A stretch of DNA of 63,749 nucleotides, counting the filler, from Reclinomonas americana ATCC 50394 (Eukaryota), in assembly GCA_048213135.1 (NCBI GenBank). It is 5 parts of 4 records of this genome, joined end to end, with 100 filler letters (N's around TTAATTAATTAA, not from the genome) between each part and the next. Parts side by side here need not be neighbours in the genome. Positions count along the whole stretch, not along the records: positions 54,627 to 61,826 come from PS015389.1; positions 61,927 to 63,749 come from PS015414.1; 3 more parts are not named here. One strand, written 5' to 3'. This document shows positions 54,638-63,749 of the stretch, piece by piece (within the stretch, counting starts at the first letter, position 1; each line of letters begins with the position of its first letter). The notes beneath the pieces are model-generated. The model was not told where the DNA came from, did not search any database, and saw nothing but the letters and a program-made list of their open reading frames with translations. A program made the position numbers and the translations under genes.

Positions 54638-57600
54638 GCGACCGACACTGTGGGAGCGCTGAAGCAACGTGTGTGCGACGAGTTTGGAGTGCCTGGAGTC
54701 GCCGGCGACACACTCGTGCTGGTGGACGATGGCGCGGAGCTGGGTGTGGACAGCAATGATCGGCGTCTTGGTCAGCTCGGCAGTGTTGCGGGTGGCAAGC
54801 CGCTGGCTGTGGTGCGTGCACTGTGGCTGGTGTGGTGAAGACAGTCTGCGATATTGACACTGTGTGTTGGTTCGTACCACCGCAGCGATGGTTGCCGTAT
54901 CCGGTGACGGTGGGTCGATGGAGCGGCAAGAAGGATGTGTGCACTGTGACAGGTGAGTATATGAGCTGCATGAAGGGGGGTAACGATAATTGGCTGGCTG
55001 ATTTCGTCTTCGATGCTCCAGCGGTGACACCGATTAGTGCACTCCGCGAGCACGCAGTGGCGCAAGAGCACTTGCCCCCTGCGGTGGCCAAGGAGGTGGT
55101 GCTTCGCGACCGCCAGGGTCATGTGCTTGCCGAGGGCGATGATGCCACGCCAGTGGCTCGTGTCGGCATCCGTCCGACCGATGAGGTCGCAGCGGTTCGT
55201 GTCGAGTGAATGGTGCGTCAAGAGTGGAGATGAGTAACGTGACTGTTGTCGGCAAGCAGGAACTGAAGACGGAGACGCTCGACATTGAGCTGCCGAGTGG
55301 ACGAGTTGTTCAGGTTCCAGATCTCCGAGGTCTGTGCATCACAACGTGTTTGAATGCTGTTTTCTTGCTTCTAACCTCTCGTGTTACGCATTTGTGTTCT
55401 TCTGTTGCGTGTTTGGTGCAGCATCGGACGGCCTGCGACGCCTGCAAGAGCAAGTGTGCGAAGCCGAGGGTCTCCCGAAGTCAGCCGCCAATCAAGTGGA
55501 GCTGCTGCGCGACGACCGCGCGACTGCACTGCCGACTGGCGACGAGGGTGCGAGTGTTGGTGGTGTGGGACTGCATCACGGCAGCAAGGTGGTGGCACGG
55601 TGGCACGAGTCNNNNNNNNNNNNNNNNNNNNNNNNNNNNNNNNNNNNNNNNNNNNNNNNNNNNNNNNNNNNNNNNNNNNNNNNNNNNNNNNNNNNNNNNN
55701 NNNNNNNNNNNNNNNNNNNNNNNNNNNNNNNNNNNNNNNNNNNNNNNNNNNNNNNNNNNNNNNNNNNNNNNNNNNNNNNNNNNNNNNNNNNNNNNNNNNN
55801 NNNNNNNNNNNNNNNNNNNNNNNNNNNNNNNNNNNNNNNNNNNNNNGCCGCTGAACGTGGTGACGTGGAGCGGGCGATCTGTGCCTGTGCGAGCCACTCG
55901 TTGCGTCCGGCGTCTCCATACTTTGATGGAAGGTGGTGGAATTTGATGGTTGACTGACTAAGTGTGAATGCAGCGGCGACGACACTGGGAGCCATTGCAG
56001 AGCAGGTTGCTGCGGCCGAGAACCAGCCAGCGCCGGTGGCGCAGAACATTGTGCTGCGAGCTGGCGGCAATCGTGATCTTCCTCGCGATGGTCAGACACC
56101 GTTGGGAGCGGCTGGAGTGCAGCCGAACGAGCGCGTCGAGGCTGTTGCGTGCTTTCGATCATTTCCACTTGTGGATTTCGCTCTCTCACCACTGCATGCC
56201 ACCAGATTGTGCTACCGATGAGCATCGAGGTCGTCACACCTGCCGGTTCGCGCACTGCGATCGACAATCTCAAGCGTGCGTTTATGTCGTCTTTCTGTCA
56301 CTCACGGCCCATACCCGGTCTCAGTCTGGCATTGTCATTCGCAGCGACCGACACTGTGGGCGCACTCAAGCGCCGTGTGGCCGACATTGACCACATGCCC
56401 GAGTCGATTGCTCCTACTCTCGTACTGCGCACGGCCGAAGCTGGAGCTCCGCTGGCGGCGACCGACCAAGACAGTCTGGCCGTCGCTGGTGTCGGTGCGC
56501 GCTCTATTGTCTTGACGGTTGGTTACGCTTCTCCATCTGCCTCCTGTGCTGTGATCGTCTTGTGTGTTCTCACGAAGCAATCGTGGCAGTCGTGGCCGGA
56601 GAAGAAGCTCACGTTGCGCACGTGGACTGGGCGTGCTGTTGAAGTGTCGACTGTCGGTACGTGGAACCTCTTTCTTCGCTGTCGCCCTGTTGACACTTCC
56701 GTTGACTTTCGCCAACAGCCTCCACTCCTCTGAGCGACTTGCGCGTGCGTGCCGCACACTTGGAGGGTCTGCCACCGGGCGCAGTCAAGTTTGTGCAGCT
56801 GCACGATCGCCCTGCGCAAGCCGCAAGTCGGCAAGTGGACGGCGAAGGAAAGCAGATTCTCGCCGACGCCAATCTTGCCGGAGACGAGATTGTCGCGGTT
56901 CGTTCACCTGCCCAGGTTGCTTGGGAGGGAGAGAGAGTGACAACACGTGACTGACCAGGTGCTGTTTGATGCAGGTTTTGCGGTCCCCGGTCTTCACGCT
57001 TGCCACTCCGCTGGCGAAACCTGTTCCTGTGGGCGACATCAGTGGTGAGTTCGTCAGTGCCGAAAGTTGTGTGTTATGCCGAGTGGGTTACTCACATGAG
57101 GTTTCAGCTGCCGAGCCGCTGAAAGTCATCCAGGAGCGCGTATGTATTGCCGACGGAGTGCCATTGATGGCCGCGCCGGATCTTGTGTTTGTGCGCGCAT
57201 CAGGCCAACCCATCGAGCAGAATCCATCGCATTCATTGGTGGCGGCTGGTGTCGATGACAATGATGTGCTGGTGACGGTCTGTATTCTCCTAGAATACAG
57301 AGGTTCGGGTCGCGTCACCTCTTCGACTCACGTCATTATTTGCAGCGCTGGAAGGAGCGCACTCTGCGTATCGCCACGTGGAATCGACGCACTATTACCG
57401 TCAGTGTTACTGGTGCGTGCATGTGTCTTGCCGCGTCAGTTTCCATGTTTTTCACTGACGTCGCTTTGTTTTCCGGCGAGCAGCGGTGACTCCACTTTCG
57501 GAACTGCAGTCGACTGTGGCGCACGTGGAAGAGCTGGACCCGTCACTTGGCGCCGCAGCAGTGGTGTTGTCGTCGCAAGATGGTCGACCGTTGCCGCACG

Positions 57601-60600
57601 ATCTGTTGATTGCACAAGTGCCGGAGTTGGTCGACGGTGCCACCATTCAGGCGGTATGTATCTACACATCTAAGCTTGCGAGTGGGGTTCTGTGCTCACG
57701 AGAACGTTTGTCGACAGACCCTCCAACAAGTTCCGCTCACGGTTGTGCCACCGTCTGGTCGTGAACCGGTTGTGGTTTCCGACGTCCCTCGTTCGTCGCG
57801 GCGTGCACACATCTTTGAGTTGTGTTTCAACTCTGCGTACTCATCCGTCCGCTTTGCTTGTGCAGTGACGGGCACCTTTGCACCGGTGGTGGAGCGCATG
57901 TGCGTTGCCGATCGTGTGGCGCCTGCAAGCGCCGCTCGCCATGCTCGCCTGTTCCACAATGGGCGCGAAATCCCACACCCACTGGAGACCATCGTGGCGG
58001 CGTCTGGCGTGCCCGCCGGTGCCACTCTCACCTCGGTCAGTTGACCCGATCAGCATGCGAATTGTGTTCCGCGCGCTTTTGCTAATTGTGTGGACTGCGC
58101 AGTCTTGGGCTCCGATGCAGCTGAATGTGCTTCCGGCAAGCGCCGCTGGAGGGCAGGCGGCAGTGCCGATCTCTGTTACTCGTTGCGTAACTAACACACA
58201 TGCCGCGCGATTCTTATGTGACGTGATGCTCACTGGACGCAATCAGCCGCCACCACAATCAACGAGCTGAAGCAGCAGTGCGCCGAAAAGTCTGGAATGC
58301 CGCCGTCAGTGGCCCCATTCCTGGCTTTGCGCAGCGCGCAATCAGGAGCTCCACTTGGTGGCGACCATGTGCAGACGGTGTCGCAGTTGGAGCTGACCGG
58401 TGGCGAGTCCATCCAAGTGGTGAGTTGTTTCACCAATGTGTTGCGATGACGTCTGCGAGCGTTGACCATCTCCCTTGCGTTTACAGGATGGAGTCCCGGT
58501 CACTGTCAACGTGCAGTTGGAGGATCAGAGCGTGGTGTCTCTGCGTGCGCCAGGTGCGATTGCCTTTCGTGATGACGATTTCATTCGTAGCTCTGCTGAC
58601 CGACATTGCACTGTGGTCTACCAGTCACCGCCCCGGTCAGCAGCCTCAAGGAGCAAGTATTGCAGTCCTCTGGCATTCCAGTCGCCGATCAGGAGCTTGA
58701 GTTTGACGGCATCGATCTCGACAATGATGCGTTGCTCGGGTCGTTTGGCGTGGTGGATGGAACTACGATTATCTTGGTGCGTTGGGCTTACACTCTCTTT
58801 GGGATCTCTCGTGATTGCTCACATGCGCGACAGCGCGAGGCCGTCGAGGTTGTGGTGGAGACGCACACACTGAAGACGATTACTCTGCGCGTGCACTGTT
58901 GCGTCTCATCGATGTATCCACGATTCGTGACCGCGTGCTGATGGTGGTGCCGTGGGCAGATGACACGACGATTGGCAGCATCAAGGAGACCATTGTGGGC
59001 GTGGAAGGCCTCGACGTCGGCAAGGTACAGATGGGCAACGACAGCGGTCCGCTGGGTGATGCGATGACCATTCGTGATGCGGGTGTCACCAAGGGCTCCG
59101 TTCTGAAGATGGTGAGCCGTGCATGGTTGCTGTCTGTGAAGGGTGTGATTGATTCACGGTGTACTCTTTCTTGTCACAGACCGCGGTGGATGATCAGAGT
59201 GCGGTTGCAGCGGTGTGTTTCTCCTCAATCGCAGTGCTGTTTGCTCGTTGATGCCGGCTGCTCAACTCATTCATACCTGTGTACAGCCGTCTCAGCGCCC
59301 GCTTTTCTTCCGCAAGAAGCGTGAGGTGGCGGCTGATGCGCAGATTGTGGATCGTGCTGCGGCAGCGCCGCTTGGCGCCTCGTGGATGGAAATGGACGAC
59401 GAGGATGTGTCTGTCGGTCCTGCTTCGCCACTGTCACCACAATTCTCCGCGGTGCCGCCACAGCTGCCGACGATGATCGATTCGTGCCCGTATCACTATC
59501 GCGTACGCGCCAAGAAGAATCGACGCCCTGGCTCGGCTGCGCCGGACAAGAACTTGGTGAGTGCGCGCTAAGATTACATTCGTGGTGTGCCCTCGCTTGC
59601 CAACCTCGCGAGCTGTCGTGCAGTACCCGTTGAAGCCGAAATTTGGTGTCGAGCTGGCTGGTGAGTCGTGTGTGTAGTAGGTAAGCGTGACGTTACCGAG
59701 TTGCTGACAACGGCGGTGCTTTTGCAGAATCGGAGATCAGCGGTATGCTGGTCGACTTTACGGCCACCATTACCGTGTTGCAGCGCTTTGTGAACCGCGG
59801 ACCGGCTGGTCAGTTCCAGTACGTGCTGCCGCGTTTGCAGCCCAGTGCAGTGATCACCGAGGCCACGTTGAGGATGCAGCGCACGGAGTACAAGGTTTAG
59901 TCTCCGTCTGCGGTGATCAAGGAGAATCGGAGCTGCACACATGACTGACTCGGTGCCCCGCCCAGGTTACGGCCCAGCGCGGCACGGCGCAGCAGTTCGA
60001 GGAGTTCGACAAAGAGGGCGAGAGCAACGAACAGGCGGCTCTCATCCGCGACAGTGAGCAGGAGGTGCTACTGATCGACGTTGGCCGACTTGAACCCGAG
60101 GAGGAGGTGCGAAGGGTTGAAGGAAAAAGGTGCTGTGCATTTCATGATACTCACGCGCCTCCACCAATCCACCAACAGGTCGTGGTGCGCTTCTCGTATG
60201 CCTTCGAGGCCGAGTACGACAAGGACACGCGCAGTATTCGGGTGACGGTGCCATTGTCGGCATTGCAGGAGGAGCAGCTGTAAGTCGCCGGTGTACGTGC
60301 TGTGCTTGGCGCTCCTTCCGTCACTCACGTGTTGGATTTGACAGGTCGTCAAAGGATGACTTGGTGGACATCACGTGTCGCATGTCGCGCCCCGTGCTCG
60401 AAGTGCTCTCCCCGACCCACCTGTGTCGCCTGGAGCGCACGGAGAACCAGGTGCAGGTGGTAGCCATGGGCAGTCAGCCGGTGTACGACCAGTTCGTGCT
60501 GCACGTGTATCTGCAGGCACCGACGTTCCCGCTGTGCTCTTCGTACCGCCACCCCGGTGCTCCGCGCAACGCGTCGCATGCCATTGCAGTGGCTCTCGGT

Positions 60601-60823
60601 GCGTTTTTCTGGGAAAAGAGGCTTATCGTGCACAGAGAATGATTGACACGTATCAATGTGCAGTGCCGCCGCCCGACATGGCGCCGCGCACCTTGAACAC
60701 GGTCATGACCTTTGTCGTGGATTGCTCCGGCTCCATGGAGGGTGATCGCATCAGAGAAGCCAAGAGTGCGCTGATGTTGTTCATTCAGAGTCTGGCGGTG
60801 GATGTACCGTTTAACATTGTCAA
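54638..60823 (+). CDS. Protein with at least 12 tandem divergent ubiquitin-like domains followed by VIT and vWA domains (VWA5A-like C-terminal module); both ends in gaps
   Basis: Ubl units such as VTVNVQLEDQSVVSLRAP|VTAPVSSLKEQVLQSSGIPVADQELEFDGIDLDNDALLGSFGVVDGTTIIL; VIT ATITVLQRFVN...FQYVLP...AVITEA...IDVGRLEPEEE|VVVRFSY; vWA FVVDCSGSMEGDRIREAKSALMLFIQSL...FNIVK. Confidence 0.8.
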
Positions 60824-61723
60824 GTGAGTAAGCGGGAAAGGGGGATAAGAGGGAAAGTAGAAGGGAAAGGGGGGATAGAGGGAAGGGGAGAGGCGGGGGA
60901 AGAGAGGGAGCGGAAAGGAGTGGGAAGGGGTGAGAGGAAGGGTAAGAGTGAGTGAGGGAGGGGGAGGGAGGGAGTGAGAGAGAGAGAGAGTGAGTGAGTG
61001 AGTGAGTGAGTNNNNNNNNNNNNNNNNNNNNNNNNNNNNNNNNNNNNNNNNNNNNNNNNNNNNNNNNNNNNNNNNNNNNNNNNNNNNNNNNNNNNNNNNN
61101 NNNNNNNNNNNNNNNNNNNNNNNNNNNNNNNNNNNNNNNNNNNNNNNNNNNNNNNNNNNNNNNNNNNNNNNNNNNNNNNNNNNNNNNNNNNNNNNNNNNN
61201 NNNNNNNNNNNNNNNNNNNNNNNNNNNNNNNNNNNNNNNNNNNNNNNNNNNNNNNNNNNNNNNNNNNNNNNNNNNNNNNNNNNNNNNNNNNNNNNNNNNN
61301 NNNNNNNNNNNNNNNNNNNNNNNNNNNNNNNNNNNNNNNNNNNNNNNNNNNNNNNNNNNNNNNNNNNNNNNNNNNNNNNNNNNNNNNNNNNNNNNNNNNN
61401 NNNNNNNNNNNNNNNNNNNNNNNNNNNNNNNNNNNNNNNNNNNNNNNNNNNNNNNNNNNNNNNNNNNNNNNNNNNNNNNNNNNNNNNNNNNNNNNNNNNN
61501 NNNNNNNNNNNNNNNNNNNNNNNNNNNNNNNNNNNNNNNNNNNNNNNNNNNNNNNNNNNNNNNNNNNNNNNNNNNNNNNNNNNNNNNNNNNNNNNNNNNN
61601 NNNNNNNNNNNNNNNNNNNNNNNNNNNNNNNNNNNNNNNNNNNNNNNNNNNNNNNNNNNNNNNNNNNNNNNNNNNNNNNNNNNNNNNNNNNNNNNNNNNN
61701 NNNNNNNNNNNNNNNNNNNNNNN

Positions 61724-62006
61724 TGAGTGAGTGAGTGAGTGAGTGAGTGAGTGAGTGAGTGAGTGAGTGTGAGAGTGAGTGAGTGAGAGAAGAGTGAGTG
61801 AGTGAGTGAGTGAGGGAGGGAGGGAGNNNNNNNNNNNNNNNNNNNNNNNNNNNNNNNNNNNNNNNNNNNNTTAATTAATTAANNNNNNNNNNNNNNNNNN
61901 NNNNNNNNNNNNNNNNNNNNNNNNNNAGAGTGAGAGAGTGTGTGAGTGTGTGAGAGAGGGAGAGAGAGAGTGAGTGATGAGGGAGTGTGTGAGTGAGCGA
62001 GTGAGA

Positions 62007-62049
<43 letters not shown>

Positions 62050-62135
62050 AAGTGAGTGATGAGTGAGAGTGAGAGAGAGTGAGTGAGTGTGAGACAGAGT
62101 GGGTGAGTGAGTGAAGAGCGAGGGAGAGAGTGAGG
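61724..62135. repeat. (GAGT)n/(GA)n simple repeats around a gap, including the linker at 61871-61882
   Basis: Direct reading. Confidence 0.9.
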
Positions 62136-62850
62136 GAGTGTTTGTGTGACAATCCTCACATGATCATGTCATTTCACGTCACCTTCTCCCTCCTTCCCTC
62201 TCTCTCTCCCTCCCTCCTCCTCCCTCCCTCCCTCTCTTCTCTCGCGCACACGAGTCCATTTTCAAACCTCGCTTTCCCCAATCACTCTGAATCAACTGCT
62301 CCGCGGTGGCCACCAGCGACCGGGCGGTGCGCGCTGCATTTGCTGCTGTTCCCGCCAACATCTCCTCGCTCTCGTCACCTGCGCTCATTCCAGGAGAAAA
62401 GAGAGAGAGGTTGACAGAGATGATGGATTGGATGGAAATCGAACATTGGGTATTGGTGCTGTTTCGTTTGTGTACGGAAGGTTTTTTTTGGGTTGCCGCA
62501 GACTACGAGTACATGTCAGTGCGAGAGAACCCTCCAAATAGCGTCGTGAGAGTCATGATCTTGCAAGAGAATGATCGTGATCCGCAGCGCTAGCGTGAAT
62601 GTTTGCAATCAGGAATTCGAACCCTCTATGGCTGCAGCTGACGACACGCTAGCGCTGGGATAGACTGAGAGTTCATCACCTGTGCTCATTCCTCGGGCGG
62701 TGAAGTGAGAGAGGTTGACAAAGAGGATGGATTGGATGGAATAAAAAACGCTTCATCCACTGTAATCCAATAATGCCTTGCCGACAATGACCTTGGCACA
62801 CCGACAATATACTAAACACACAATTACTTCTCCAACAGTCATTTTCCCTT

Positions 62851-63222
62851 TCAGGAGGCAAAGCCAATCAAACGCGTGTTGACCTCGAAAAAATTTCGTG
62901 GCGCGCGCAATTGAGCCAAGTACGCAGATATCAACTGTGCCAACTGGTCTTCTCCTGCTGGCATCGAGTTCTGTGGGACCTTCTCAGCGTAGAAGACTGC
63001 CTCGCTGTGCACACTCGATTCACTGAGTTCTTCGCCCATATACAGTCGACGTCGACGTCGACGTCTGCGAAGTTGTGACGACCAACGACGTCGATCTCTC
63101 CCATGGTCCATGGTCACTAGCAGCGGAGCCAGCCAATCGTCGTCAGCCAACGAGTCATGATCCCACGTAATCCGCCAAGCTGCTGCGATCTGCGCATGCA
63201 GCAGGTGCAGGTGGCGCCCCAC
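62851..63222 (-). CDS. Possible hypothetical protein fragment
   Basis: 123-codon open frame with a non-ATG start and no recognisable motif. Confidence 0.25.
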   Translation of the reverse strand: MGRHLHLLHAQIAAAWRITWDHDSLADDDWLAPLLVTMDHGRDRRRWSSQLRRRRRRRRLYMGEELSESSVHSEAVFYAEKVPQNSMPAGEDQLAQLISAYLAQLRAPRNFFEVNTRLIGFAS

Positions 63223-63749
63223 GTGAAATCAGACAGGCGTACACAAGGGCGCCGTCGTTAGGGGTGCGCGAGAGTGCGGAAGAAGAGAGGCAGAAGGAGA
63301 GGGAGACAGAGAGGAAAGAGGTGTCGGCGTTCGGTTCGTCGTCACGAATTCGAACACAAAAGTTCTCGCACCGTCCTTTTCTTCATCATCGTGCGCGCAG
63401 CTGGTGAGTTGACGTGTCGCTGTTCTCTCTGCTTCCTTCTTCCACACTCCGACGAAGAGGGCCGGCTGTTCGATAGTCACGAAGCAGACACGTGTGACTC
63501 TCTCCCTTTGCGTTGCGCATGTTGCGCGCTCTCCCGCACCGCTTCGTTGTTTGCACACGCTCTCGCATCCGCGCTCGCTGCGCTGCACACACACTCACAC
63601 ACACGCACACATACACACATATGCACACACACACATGCACACACACACACTCACACTGTCTCTCTCTCTCTCTCTCTGCACGGTCATGGTTTCGAATTCG
63701 AACACACGGCGCTGTGGACACGTGCACACACACACTCAGAGAGAGAGAG

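Noticed and set aside
54638..59111. Polyubiquitin gene
   Set aside because: Units are highly divergent, lack the C-terminal GG and continue into VIT-vWA.
63045..63065. (GTCGAC)n self-complementary run
   Set aside because: Short simple repeat with no evidence of function.

Overview
Eukaryotic nuclear DNA from a draft scaffold. It is GC-rich and gene-dense, with many short spliceosomal introns (mostly ~60-100 bp), abundant CA/GA microsatellites, N-gaps and four artificial TTAATTAATTAA contig linkers. The source is probably a flagellated protist (inferred from a calflagin-type gene), but I cannot assign the taxon. The ORF track fragments nearly every gene, so I spliced genes by hand. Recognisable genes: flagellar Ca-binding protein, SDR, ALAD/HemB, a SPRY protein, FEN1, Yippee, GH28, FANCE, INO80C/Ies6, TSC1, PLRG1/Prp46, AGA, an EEF1AKMT4/METTL13-like methyltransferase and WDHD1/Ctf4. 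Unusual genes: two giant surface proteins (Ig-like repeats + L-lectin; NHL + Ig-like + FN3 + TM), an LRR-DUF4476-like protein, two tandem secreted paralogues, and a protein with at least 12 ubiquitin-like repeats fused to VIT-vWA. The most striking signal is in the introns. About 32 donors read GTTGCG, i.e. the local GTGCG consensus shifted by one inserted T, with a few GTTTCG/GTTAC variants. They occur mostly where the last exon base is not G, which suggests a major second class of 5' splice site. All family calls are from motif recognition by eye, and no searches were run.
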